This document shows positions 1-12,510 of a stretch of DNA of 64,000 bases, one piece after another; positions within the stretch are counted from its first letter, which is position 1, and every line of letters starts with the position of its first letter. The position numbers and the translations under genes are program-made. This DNA is from the human T2T-CHM13v2.0 reference genome, Homo sapiens. The stretch is taken from the NCBI RefSeq assembly GCF_009914755.1, contig NC_060926.1. One strand, given 5' to 3'. The notes beneath the pieces were generated by a model. That model saw only the letters and a program-made list of their open reading frames with translations. It searched no databases and was not told where the DNA came from.

Positions 1-229
1 GCTGTTACACAATTAAGCAGACGGTGCCTTGGGAAATGAGGTGAAGGGGGATAAATCAGCGGAGATTTGAATTGGAATTACACTCTGGAGGAGGAGGAAG
101 GGGCTTCTGCATGATGAAAGCTGCACTTATGCTAGGCAAAGAGGTTAAAGAGGAAGCTATGAGGTTAACAATGGACACACCATGGGATGAATCAGAACAA
201 ATTCAAATCCTCCCTCTTACACTTCCTAT

Positions 230-360
230 TTAAACATGGGGAAATTATGTAATCTCTCTGATCCTGTGTTCTCATTTATAGATTGAGAATTACTCTTCAG
301 ACTTGAGAAAATTATCACAGTGTCTAACACTTCATAGGCATCCAATAAATGATGATTTTA
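230..360 (+). mobile_element. MIR SINE fragment
   Basis: Degenerate MIR core/tail (gggaaattatgtaatctctctg...ctcatttatag...taggcatccaataaatg). Confidence 0.5.
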
Positions 361-875
361 TAAAAATTAGTTGATTCAAATTGTCTGATATAGGTTTTTT
401 TTGCAGTTTTTTTCTTTCATGAGCCCTATTCCAATAGGTCCAAACAATCTTCAGAGTTTTCATTTAAGAAATGAAAGAAGAAATTTTGGGGGCAGAGAAA
501 CAGAAAGATTACTTTTCTCCAGCTTCATTACTTTTCTTCATCCTCATCATCAGAGCTGCACAGCCTGATTTGCAATATCTTCTTGCCCTTATTTCCAATG
601 CAAAAACTCCTTGCAGCAGGCCTTGTATTTGATTCTGGGGGCTAATCTGGGAATGTTTTCCCGGGATATGGACTGGCAGATGCGGCAATTTCCGGGTCAT
701 GTTACCTTCTGTGTTAGCCGGGGCAGATAGGGAGAGGAGAGGAAAAAAAGTGGAAATAAAAGGTTTCTTTTAAATTCAATTTTGAAAGTCTACGCTGTCG
801 AGAATAAAGTACATAACATCTGGTCCCTGCCTTAAGATTCTTACATTAAAGCGGGAGACTGAAACCTAATAATCT

Positions 876-1397
876 TGTGTCCGGAGGTGGTTCCTTCCGG
901 TGGGTTCGTGGTCTGGCTGACTTCAAGAATGCAGCCACGGACCTTTGCGGTGACTGTTACAGCTCTTAAAGATGGCACGGACCCAAAGAGTGAGCAGCAG
1001 CAAGATTTATTGTGAAGAGCGAAAGAACACAGCTTCCACAACCTGGCAGGAGACCCGAGCGGGTTACCCCTGAAGGCTGGGGTGGCCCAGCGTTTATTCC
1101 CGTATTTGTCCCCGCCCATTTCCTGCCAATTGGTCCATTTTACAGAGCGCTGATTGGTCCATTTCACAGAGTGCTGATTGGTCATTTTATAATCCTCTAG
1201 CTAGCTACAGAGCACCATTTGGTGCATTTTTACAGAGCGCTGATTGGTGCATTTTACAAACCTCTAGGCAGCTACAGAGCACAGATTGGTGCATTTCTAC
1301 AGAGCACTGATTGACGCATTTTACAATCCCTTTGTAAGACAGAAAAGTTCTCTAAGACCCCACTGGACCCAGGAAGTCCAGCTGGCTTCACTTCTCA
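876..1397 (-). mobile_element. Solo LTR12-family (ERV9) LTR, short LTR12F-like form
   Basis: Minus strand begins TGAGAAGTGAAGCCAGCTGGACTTCCTGGG and ends CCGGACACA; tandem gcgctgattgg units; 4-bp TSD ATCT at 872-875 and 1398-1401. Confidence 0.93.
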
Positions 1398-2591
1398 ATC
1401 TTAGTTAGAATCATAGGATATAATCAAGTGCTTCAAATGTCAGAATGGAAGATAGAGACACAGAGGCAGGGTGAAGGTGGGAGGCCCCTATCCCCGCTGC
1501 AGTGGCAGAGGAGCCCCTAGCCTGTTTTACCAAGTCTGGCACTGCTGGGGCAGATGGTGCCTCTATACAATCACCTACTTTTTTCTCAGCTGTTCATTCC
1601 AAGACTGCAACTTTCTAGAAAGGAAGACTCAGCTGGACCCTAAAGCCATTAGGCCAGATCCACCAGAAGGCCTGCCCCACATGCTCTGAGGATTAGCACT
1701 GGTCTTATTTAACAATCTAATTAATGTTTTGATAATTTAACAATTTTGTGTGCTTTTTGGAGGGCTTTCGAGAGGAGCGACCTTGGCAGACAAAGCCACA
1801 TTTTCTTTCGTTCTTAGACAGATGCCTTTTCTGATCCTATTAATGAGAAACACCCTTCCTGTCTGTGCTTGGCCAAGTGAGTAAGAAGAGGCTTTCCTGC
1901 AGTTGGGAGGGGGTGGAGGATCCCCAGCAGCTGAGCCAGTGAGGGGTGGGGAGGTGGGGGTGAGCACAGGAGAGCAGCAGCCGTGTCCTTAGCCCCATCA
2001 CACCAGGGCCATGCAGGTTTCCAGCTGCAGCTCCACCAGGCAGTATGGTGCTGCAAAAGGTGCTTCAGGCGCTGCATGCAGACACCAATTTCCTGAGTTG
2101 CCTTGGACTAGGCTCTTCCTTTCCCTGACACTCAATTTCTTCCTATTTCAAATGGTCATGGCAGTCCTTATGTTACCTGCCTTCATGACTGATGAGTCAA
2201 CCCATTCCTCGGCAGCATACAAGGGATTCCTAAATCACTGGGGAAAGGGAAGGAAGTTAAAATTAGACCTAATTTGAAGATCCCATGTAACCTAAGGACA
2301 AGTAATGTAAGAAGCTGCAAAAGCCCCTTTGCATGATGAGGTTAGCTTTCCAGGGAAAGACACAACTACCTTTCTCCTTCCAAATCCAGACCCAGTAGAG
2401 TGGCGGTCAGAAGTGCAGGCTCCTAGACTGGGTAAATGGAGTTTGAAGTTTTGCTCCATCACTGCCTGGCTGTGTGCCCCTGGGTGCCAATTAGTTGGCC
2501 TCCCTGAGCCTCTTGATCTATAAATGGTTACAATAATAGCAATATCTTCATTCTTTGTAAAGTTACCAAGAGAATTAAATGAGATAAAAAG

Positions 2592-4045
2592 CAGGCAGTT
2601 CCCCTTGGCGTAGTTCAAATAAGTGTGCATTTCAGTTATCATGGTTTAGCTCAATAACCCTGGTCCTCAACAACATACTTTAAATTTCAGTAACCATGTG
2701 CATTACCTGTGAGTAAACACATAAGAGTACAAACTTCTCTGCTAGCTCTCCAATCCACAAATCTCTGTGTAGACAACACAGGCATATCATTATCAGTGAC
2801 CACTTATATCACCTACGGTGCATCTGCTATTCAGTAAATGCACAGACAGCAAAGCATATAGCTGTGTTGCCTCTTGGGTCCCAATAATGAACTCACATGA
2901 TATTTTGCAGAAAAGGATACTCAAAAGAGAGAATTGGCCAAGAAAGAGGAAAGTGCAGCAAAGAAAAAAAAGTGATAATAATGGAAGTAAAATTTTAATC
3001 CAACATCGAAGGAGTTTATAGAATAAATGACCATGGGAATATTGACTTTGCCATTATTTGAAAGACTGTATGCAGCTGAAGAAATTCAGTGAAGGTGAAT
3101 TTAGTGACATAAATGAGAGTGGTTGTGATGAAAAGGATAATGATGTCTTAGTCCATTTTGTGTTGCTATAATGGAATACCTGAAGCTGGGTAATTTATAA
3201 AGAGGTTTGTTTGGCTCATGGTTCTGCAGGCTATACAAGAAGCATGGCTCCAGCATCTGCTTCTGGTAAGGGCCTCTGGCTGCTTCCATTCATGGTGGAA
3301 GATGAAGGGAGCCAGATGTGTATGAAGATCAGTTGGCAAGAGAGAGGAAGCAAGAGAGAGAGAGAGAGGGGAAGTGCCAGGCTCTTTTTAACAACCAGCT
3401 CTCCTGGGAACTAATGGAGGAAGAACTCACTCATTACCTTGAGGACAGCACCAAGCCATTCATTAGGGACCCACCCCCATGACCCAAACACTTCCCATTA
3501 GGCCCCACCTCCCACGTTGGGGATCAAATTTCAACATGAGATGTGGTGGGGTCAAACAAACCAAACTATATCCATGTCCCAGAGGAAGTGAGACCAGCAA
3601 AAATCTTCCCATGAAAGGAAACCTCAGAGATTCTTTTCAATATTGAAAGCACAAATAAGAAAATGTTGGAAGCTGATCCAAACTTAGAGAACATAGAACA
3701 GTTTGCAAGGCATATAAAAGGGGCTTACTCTGTATCATAAGTTCTACAATGAGAAGCCAGCAAGCACTGTTTACACTTACTAGGTTTTTTTTTTTAAACA
3801 AAGAAACAAAACATTTTAATTTTCACGCTTTTAATGTTTTAAATTATAGTGTATTGAGTAAATATTGGTTTTACTATAGTTTTCAATTCACTATACTTTT
3901 ATAACTGAGGGTAAGAGTGTTTTTAATGTTTGACAAAATTTTTAAAGGTCACAGAACAATTATAATTCTCCCCCATGATTGTTAAGTTTGCCTTGCAGGG
4001 TTTCAGCTTATACTTCATTTTTACAGTCCCCTACTTCCGTGCTGT
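2592..4045 (+). mobile_element. TcMar-Tigger DNA transposon relic (Tigger13a-like), split by an MST LTR
   Basis: Starts caggcagt..., Tigger-like body gatgaaaagga...tgtcccagaggaagtg...aaaatgttggaagctgatccaaacttaga continues across the LTR. Confidence 0.7.
3144..3574 (-). mobile_element. ERVL-MaLR solo LTR, MST family
   Basis: tgtcttagtccatt...ggctcatggttctgcaggct...cccccatgacccaaacac...ggggatcaaatttcaacatgag...aaactatatc. Confidence 0.88.
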
Positions 4046-4109
4046 CTGCATCTAAAGTTAGATACTGCTAAACGGTTGCTGCCTTCATGATTATATTGGC
4101 TCAGGAAGT

Positions 4110-4230
4110 CCAGAGAGAGAGCAAGAGAGAGGAAGTGACTGAGAACTGGGAGGTGCCAGGCTTTTCTTAACAACCAGCTCTCACGGGAACTAATTGAGCA
4201 AGAAGCACCAAGCCATTCATGAGGGATCTG
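4110..4230 (-). mobile_element. MST LTR internal fragment
   Basis: ggtgccaggct...ttaacaaccagctctc.gggaactaat...gcaccaagccattcat closely parallels 3370-3465. Confidence 0.7.
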
Positions 4231-4879
4231 TTGACTCTTCCATTGCTCTTTCTCCTCAACCATCAGATGAGAACCTGGCTGAAGAAAGTCTGAGACAATA
4301 AGAAGTTGTAAACATTGAGAGAAGGGAAGGTCCTGAGCTGGCTGGCCTTACCCAAAGAACATTCTAAACATTCTACCTGGAGCAAATAAATCTGCAAACC
4401 ACAGGCAACGTGGCTGGTGGAAATTTGCAAATGCTTTCCTAGCATCTTCAAATGCTTGGCATTTGGTGGGATCTTTCAAATCCCACATTGAACTTCACTG
4501 ACAATAGAAGAGACAGAAAGTTTCTGGGCAGGTTCAAGATCCTAAAACGAACCCCACCCTCACCTTACTCTCAAAAGAAGACGTCTGCAGAGGGTGGTCA
4601 AAGGCTTAAAGCACAGACTGGTTCTGAATTTCCAACTGTCTCTCATTTCTCAGGTGAACCAGTCAATCTAAAGCATTTATTTTATGCACAACCTGGGCAA
4701 AATGGAGGTGTGTGAGTTAGGGGGAAGCTTCCTAGCTGAATGGTTTATTGTGTTCTGGTTTACTATGTATTATGTTTATTGTGTAGCTTGCAGTATAATT
4801 TGAAGTCAGATGATGTGACAGTGGGGCTGCAAATAGCTTAGCAGGCAAGCTCTGCGTCAAACTGCTACCTTGAATCTGA

Positions 4880-5055
4880 GGGACCCTGGTTACTATCCAG
4901 AGTTACTGTCCTCCTCATACCTCAGTTGCCTCATTTGTAAAATAAAGATAATAATATCTACTTACACAGTTGTGAGGGTCCACAAGTCATAAGCTATATA
5001 AAGCCCTTTGCAAGTCTCTGGCATATAGTGACTGCTCTATAAATGATTGTTATTA
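4880..5055 (+). mobile_element. MIR SINE
   Basis: ctcagttgcctcatttgtaaaata...ctggcatatagtgactgctctataaatg. Confidence 0.75.
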
Positions 5056-6053
5056 GAAAACAATTAGTGGGGGGAGGAGGGGAAGTATTCACATTCATGC
5101 AGAAAGTTCCAGAGAATCAGATTTTCACCACCCTCTAAATAAATGAATTCAATCATAAATTGTGCGGTACAGAGAATTTGTGTTGGTTGCCAGTATAAAG
5201 AATTGAACATCAAAGCCATTATTGGTCAGCAGACCTCTATGCCCAGTGGACACTTTACAGGACCACCTATCTGTGGGCTCCCACTTCCTCCTCACCAGAA
5301 TTAATTGTTCTCATCTTAATGAGACACCAGTGAGTTAATTATTTGTAATAACAAGGAGCTTCCCTTCATCTCTCTTCGCCAACAGGGGGTACATTGGTGG
5401 CTATTTTATTTATAGGGATGGGGGCATTCAGATCCTCTCCCAACCCTCCTCACCCTTCCTTCTTTTTTTTTTTTTAATCAGGAAAGTGCTTTTGTGAGAG
5501 GGCTGGCTAGGGTTAACGGATGATCTGTTGGGGGAGATGGAGAGCATGACCTTGTCTGTGAAGTTCTGACTGCTCCAGCCCACACAGAGCCCTTCCTTCC
5601 CTGGTTTCTTGACCACCTACCACTAGCCCTTGCTGGCACTCAGCATGTAACACGACTCTGTCTACCAACCCTTGTCCACATAGGCAGATGTTCCCTTCCG
5701 TGAGGGTACAGCACCATCCTTTCCTGTCTTACTGCTCACACAGTGGGTTCCCCATAGCTGTAAGCAGAAAGAACCTGCTGGATGATTGAGAGGAGGGACC
5801 TCTTAGGGAGGTGGGATTGAAGCTCTGGGGCTGGGAATAGCCCAGAGGTGAGGGTGCAGCTTGCATACCCAGAGCCTGCACCTAACTCATCTTTATCCCT
5901 GTAACTGGCAGTCTGGACAGAATTTGCCACTTCCCATAGGGTCTGCCTGGAGATGTGTCTTGGGTGACTTCATGGTTCTATGAAAATGAGAGTTGGAAAT
6001 GGCGGGGGGGTGTGCTTTTTTGAGACAATGGGAGGAAAGAGCCTAACCTCTTT

Positions 6054-7278
6054 TTTTTTTGAAGTTTTATTTTAAGTTCAGGAGTACATGTGCAGGATAT
6101 GCAGGTTTGTTACATAGGCAAACATGTGTCATGGGAGTTTGTTATACAGATTATTTCATCACCCAGGTATTAAGCCTAGTACCCCTTCACTATTTTTTCC
6201 TGATCCTCTCCCTCCTCCCACCTTCCTCCCTCTGATAGGCCCCAGTGTGTGTTGTTTCCCTCTACATGTCCATGTGTTCTCATCATTTAGCTCCCACTTA
6301 TAAGTGAGAACATGTGGTGTTTGGTTTTCTGTTCCTGCATTGGTTTGCTGAGAATAATGGCCTCCAGCTCCATCCATGTTCTTGCAAAGCACATGATCTC
6401 ATTCCTTTCAATGGCTGCATAGAATTCCATAGTGTATATGTATCACATTTTCTTTGTCCAGTCTATCATTGATGGACATTTAGGTTGATTCCATGTCTTG
6501 CTATTGTGAATAGTCCTGTAATGAACATACACATGCATGTGTCTTTACAATAAAATGATTTATATTCCCTTGGGTATATACCCAATAATGGGATTGCTGG
6601 GTCGAATGGTATTTCTGTCTTTAGGTCTTTGAGGAGTCGCCACACTGTCTTCCACAATAGTTGAACTAATTTACATTCCCACCAACAATGTATAAGCATT
6701 CCTTTTTCTCCACAACCTTGCCAGTATCCGTTAGTTATTGACTTTTTAAATAGTAGCCATTCTAAGTGGTATGATATGGTATCTCATTGTGGTTTTGATT
6801 TCCATTTCTCTAATGATCAGTGATGTTGAGCTTTCTTTCATATGATTGTTGGTCACATGTATGTCTTCTGTTGAGAAGTGTCTGTTTGTGTTTTTTGCCC
6901 ACTTTTGAATGGGGTTGTTTGTTTTTTCTTGTAAATTTCTTTAAGTTCCTTATAGAGGCTGGATATTAGACCTTTGTCAGATGCATCGTTTGCAAAAATT
7001 TTCTCCCATTCTGTAGATTGTCTGTTTACTCTGATGATAGTTTCTTTTGCTGTGCAGATGCTCTTTACTTTAATTAGATCCCATTTGTCAGTTTTTGCTT
7101 TTGTTGCAATTGCTTTACATGTCTTTGTCATGAAATCTTTGCCCATGCCTATGTCCTAAATGGTATTGCCTAGGTTGTCTTCCGGGGTTTTAATAATTTT
7201 GCATTTTACATTTAAGTCTTTAATCCATCTTGTGTTAACTGGCATAAGGAAGGGATCCATTTCCAATTTTCTGCATAT
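6054..7278 (-). mobile_element. 5'-truncated L1PA (older, about L1PA8-13 type): 3' UTR plus end of ORF2
   Basis: Poly(T) tail; ORF2 C-terminal fragments (HCWWECKLVQ, KWDLIK); 15-bp TSD gagcc(t/c)aacctcttt at 6039-6053 and 7279-7293. Confidence 0.95.
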
Positions 7279-7315
7279 GAGCCCAACCTCTTTAAGGACT
7301 AACCACACAGCAAAT

Positions 7316-7488
7316 CAGGCCAGCTGCATAATCTGTGGCACCTGGTGCAAAATGAAACTGTGAAGCTCCTTGACCAAAAATTGTTCAGAATTTTAAGATG
7401 ATGACTGTAGAGCATTAAGCCAAGTGCAGGCCCATCTGAGGGCGGGGCCTTGTACTGCCCAGGCTTCATGTCCATGAAGCTGGCCCTG
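7316..7488 (-). mobile_element. MER45A-like hAT-Tip100 element
   Basis: Minus strand cagggccagcttcatgg...gcagctggcctg termini; 8-bp TSD cagcaaat/caacaaat. Confidence 0.8.
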
Positions 7489-9376
7489 CAACAAATCCAG
7501 GAGCTCCTCCTAGCTTGGGCATGGCACATCAACTCACCACTCATACATCTGAACTCCTCAGTGCACCTGGGACTCAGGGACAGAGGAGGAAGGGAGGCAT
7601 CAGGCTAACAGCAGCGTGGGAAGAAGGCTTGCTGGCAGGACCTGTGTCTGTGCCCTCAGGGGAAGCCCACCACCCCCGGCTGGAAATGTTCAACACAGTC
7701 TGTGTTTATCCCACCCCATTGTCGTGATGCGTGACTAAGACCTGCCTGCAACTCTACACTGGGTGTGCGCAGGAGGAATCAACCTCGCCATGACAATATT
7801 TACTTCACTGTTGCCCCGGGGAACTCTACATTCTGAGAATGGCAGGGCTTTTTTTTTTTTCTCAATCTTTACCCTCAGGGGCAGCTTCTTTGCCCCCTGA
7901 GAGTGTTCTGGTTTGAAACAAGAATGGGGTGCACCCCAATGGGAGAACGAACACCCAGGGAAACCCAAGACCTTCAAACTTTTACTGTGTCCAAGAACGG
8001 GGAGGGGAAGAGGATACTTATGCTCAGTTCCATTTGCCCAACAGCATTGAGCTCGTGAGTGTTTTGTGTGTCTCCTCTGAGCTCTTTGAGATGAGAGCAG
8101 GGTCCACACCTTGCCTTTCATCTCTGCCCCTCAGCCTCTGGGCCATATGAAGGTGCTCAGTTTACAGAACAGAAGAGGAAGGGAGGAACGGAGGCCAAGA
8201 GGTCACTCTCTTATGCTAAGTACTTTGGGCCTTACGAGCTGGGCTAGAGGGTGGTGAGTGACCAGGGCCTGGGAAAATCTGCTCTTCCTGAGACCCATTC
8301 ATCCTTAGCTCCTCAAGGCAGACCCTGCTGGCTGGAATTCAGGTGTCGACTTTTGCCAAATACTTTAAGAGGAATAAACATTTAACAGCTTTGTGAAGTT
8401 CCCCACAGAGGCACCAAGGTTTTCCTAAGGATTTAGTCTGTCGTGAGTGCATAACACCTAAGAAAACTCTGCTTTTGAGGGTGATGTCCCAGAAAAGCCA
8501 GATAAGACAGGGAGATGAGCCTCCTGTTTGCGGGTGCCTGGAAACATAATGTCCTTTTGCTGTATGTAGATACTTCTATTCCCTTCTCATTCTATTCCCT
8601 TCCATTCCCTTTGTGGCAATACATTTCCTGAAGTGATTTCTGTGTGTCAAACCCATCAACCTACATTACTGGAATTATTGTACAGGTGTTACTTTGATAA
8701 CATAAACTGATATATCTAACTTACATAAAGGAGGCATAACAAAGAAAGTAATTTGTTATAAATTGAAATACTACTTTATTCTATGTAATACATATGTGAT
8801 ACATTGTTATACATGTCATGTGTTAAATGTCAATGTTGTATATCTTATATATTAATATTTCACATATATACCACATATATTTCACATGTGTACCATATAT
8901 GTGAAATATATTAATAGATATGATAGTATTTCATTGATTTAAGTTACTTAGAGATAACTTAGATTTCCTTTTTCCAGAGTTTCAAATACCTTCTGTCCTG
9001 ATCAGTGCCTTGATGTCACAGGCACCCACTGAAGAAGAGAGGTTTCGTTTTTCAGCTGGTGGCTTTATCAGATCACTAACCATTCTATCCCATTTTAATG
9101 TGACACAATTACATAACAGCATATGTCAACAAATTATCATTTGCTCTTTATCTTTGCTAATAGCTTACCAGTACTCATTTCATCTGTAAGGAAGATTAGC
9201 TGCAAAGTACTTCATGTCTTTACGGACGGGGCAGGTAATGGAACACATATGCACAGCAGCCAGTGTCTCAGGGGTGACCACGACAATCGCAGCCGTCTCC
9301 ATGGTTTTAGCCAATTTACGGAACTGAGTAGTAAACAGAACTTGCTACAGGACCAACTTGATACTCTACTACTTTC

Positions 9377-9683
9377 TTTTTTTTTTTTTTTTTTTTGAGA
9401 CAGGGTCTAACTCTGTCACCCAGGCTGGAGTGCAGTGGCACAATCTTGGTTCACTGCAACCTCCGCCTCCCAGGTTCAAGTAATCCTCCCACCTCAGCCT
9501 CCTGAGTAGCTGGGACTACAGACGCCACCACCATGCCCGGCTAATTTTGTATTTTTAGTAAAGATAGGGTTTTGCCATGTTGGCCAGGCTGTTCTCGAAC
9601 TCCTGACCTCAAGTGATCCTCCCACCTCGGCCTCCCAGAATGCTGGGATTACAGGCATAAGCCACTGTGCACCACGCCCGGCC
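9377..9683 (-). mobile_element. AluS
   Basis: Full dimer with poly(T); TSD ctctactactttc at 9364-9376 and 9688-9700. Confidence 0.96.
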
Positions 9684-9874
9684 AATTCTCTACTACTTTC
9701 TTCATGACTTAAAGTTTTCAGGCTTGGAGGGGTTGGGGGATTTTCTTCAAACAAGGCACTCAGTATCCATAATTGCCAACCTATACCCCACCTCCACCCA
9801 CCCCACTACTTCTGAACTTTGTTTTCTCCACTGTTAACACTCATCTCAAATTAGAGATATCCTCTACATACAGA

Positions 9875-10630
9875 AAAAGGAGCAGACTTTTGGTGGCCTC
9901 TACAGTATCACCCCCTCCATTGCTTCTTGGTGAATAGTGCCTACCTCCCATCATGAAGGTTCCATGCAGCAGTCTGGGCTTGGACATGTGACCCAGTCCT
10001 GGTCAATGGGACCTGGGGGGAAGTAGTCTTGGGGCTTCTGGGAAAGATTTCCCTCTTTGAAAGAACAGCAAGGGGAAACGGCAATTCCTGCACTTGGGTG
10101 TGGAGCATGGTGACTAAGAAAATGCACACACTGAGGATGATGGAGCAGGGAAATGGCAAGAGCCTGGGTCTTTAATGTTGTACCAAGTCTCTGCAGTGCC
10201 CACTCCTGCTCTTGCCCTGCCCCTCCGCTTCTTGTCACGTGAGCTCCTAAATGCCCATGTTGTTCAAGATGCTTTTGGCTTTGCTTTTTGTTTTTTTTGT
10301 TTGTTTGGCTGTGTTTGAGATGGAGTCTCAGTCTGTCATGCAGGTTGGAGTGCAGTGGCGTAATCTTGGCTCACTGCAACCTCCGCCTCCTAGGTTCAAG
10401 TGATTCTTGTGCCTCAGCCTCCTGAGTAGCTGGGATTACAGGCACGTGCCACCATGCCCGGCTAATTTTTGTATTTTTAGTAGAGATGGGGTTTCGCCAT
10501 GTTGCCCACGCTGGTCTCAAACTCCTGACCTCAGGTGATCCACCCGCCTCGGCCTCACAAAGTGCTGGGATTACAGGCGTAGCCACCGCACCTGGCCTTG
10601 CATTTTGTTTTGAGAGCATCCCTCCCAACG
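9875..10630 (+). mobile_element. MLT1 (J/K-like) MaLR LTR interrupted by an Alu
   Basis: catgtgacccagtcctggtcaatggga...ggggcttctgggaaag...cacactgaggatgatggagcag...agagcctgggtcttt. Confidence 0.7.
10290..10597 (-). mobile_element. AluS (Sx-like)
   Basis: Full Alu dimer, reverse orientation. Confidence 0.96.
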
Positions 10631-11870
10631 AAGAGCATCCATTAATTAACAACATACAGAGTAGATGAAGGACCTTGTATAGGGTACTAACAGGGGGGAT
10701 TAAAAGGAAACCGAAAACATTTATCTCTTTCAATGAGATCATAATCTATTGAGATAAATAAAATATACTACAAATGCAACATGAGAATGACTGCCCAGTG
10801 TCACATGTTCATGTGCAAAGTGCCACAGTGTAGGCTAAATAGCAATGGCAAAAATATTTGCAGTATTGACTTAGGTTATCTGTTTTCATCAGAATGTTTT
10901 CACACTATCAACACTATTAAGAGAGCACCAAAGAAAAATATAAAATGCACTCCCTTTTCTTGCGCGAATCTGCTTGAAAGTTGACATTGCTATCTTTTAA
11001 ATCACCTACTCTGATATTGTTTCAGGAAGTGCTGGGACATAAAATAGTTCTCAGAAATAGAAATTCACCCATAAAGCCTGCTGAACACGTACACTGTTTC
11101 TGATGTCAAATTTGCAAGCACTTTCTCTATTTAAGAATTTATTGCCATCAGATTCATGATCTCCACCTGATATGTAGGGAGCACATCATAGGCACCTTCA
11201 TGGTTTTTTAAACTTGATCTGTGGCTGAGTGGTTATTCAGTGTTAGCACAAATGCAAATTTGATGGTCAAAACTAATAATTTCATAGATTTCTGTTTTCT
11301 TGGAGGCCACTTCTATTAGGTGTTCGTGGAAATGGTGACAGAGTATAGGTTCAGGTTTGTGTTACACAGCAGCAATTATGGTGACAGCTTTGGCTCAAAC
11401 TTTCAAAGTTTGGTGAAATAAGCCTCATTTGGCCTTACTATCTTCCCAGAAATACCATGAAATAGTACTATGACCTAAATTCCCCTAGAGGAGTTGCAAG
11501 GAGACTGGCTGCTGGAGGGCAGCTCTACACCAAAGAGCATCAGGACTTGACCGGACCCCTGTCTGGTGGAGGAGGAAGTGAGAATAACAGGAGGTGTTTT
11601 ATAGATGCTGGTATTTACACTGTGGGCACACAGCCTAGAAGGGGACTCAACTGTAGAACACAAGACCTACATGAACTCCAGAACCTTCCACCGATCCCTT
11701 CTGCTGCCTCAATTTCAAGTCCCTCACCCCAGCTTTCTGTCTGCCCCACCTTTAATCCCATTTATCTCTCTCACTCATCCTCTGGAGGGGGCATGTTCAT
11801 TCCTGCTTACCTGCCTGTGCTCATGGGATGCCCCCTGTCTGGAATGTCCTCCCTCATCCCATTTTCCTTC

Positions 11871-11872
11871 TT

Positions 11873-11911
<39 letters not shown>

Positions 11912-12193
11912 TTTTTTCAGACAGGATCTCACTATGTCGCCCAGGCTGGAGTGTAGTGATGCAAATACGGCTCACTGCAGCCTCAATCTCCTAGGCTCAA
12001 GCAATCCTCCCATCTTAGCCTTCTGAGTAGTCATGACTACAGGCATGCACCACCATACCCAGGTAATCTGTTGATTTTTTGTAGAGATGAGGTCTCACTG
12101 TGTTGCCCAGGCTGGCCTTGAACTCCTGACCTCAAGCAATCCTCCTGCCTCCCAAAGTGTTGGGATTACAGGGGTGAGCCACCATACCTGGCC
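11871..12193 (-). mobile_element. AluJ with (TTTA)n tail
   Basis: Diverged J-type dimer; TSD ccattttcctt at 11859-11869 and 12194-12204. Confidence 0.93.
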
Positions 12194-12299
12194 CCATTTT
12201 CCTTTTGCATCTCTACTCTTTGCTTTTTCTTCACTGCCTAGTTGAAGCCCTGTCACTTACAGACTATCCTGGCTCTCATTGAACTCTCTCTTCTCATAA

Positions 12300-12510
12300 T
12301 AATAGTAATTATCATGTATTGAGCATGAAGGATATGCCTGGCAATTTACACACACGATTGATTGATCATCCTTGCAGTGCCCTTTGCAGGTAAGTAATCT
12401 GAAGAAGTTAATGTCCTGAGAAGTTTTACCTGACTTGCAAGAAACCATGCAGGTCAAAAGTGGCTGAGCCCAGATTCCCAGCAGGTCTCTCTGGCTCCAG
12501 CTGTTCCCAT
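12300..12510 (-). mobile_element. MIR SINE
   Basis: gtattgagcat...tgacttgcaagaaaccatgcag...agtggctgagcccagattc. Confidence 0.65.

Noticed and set aside
1129-1330. Spaced repeats superficially like a CRISPR array
   Set aside because: These are the tandem CCAAT units of the LTR12 U3 region; eukaryotic DNA with no cas genes
10371-10742. ORFs with PVIPA/SLRPAW/LELLTS motifs, here and at other Alus
   Set aside because: Standard Alu translation artefacts
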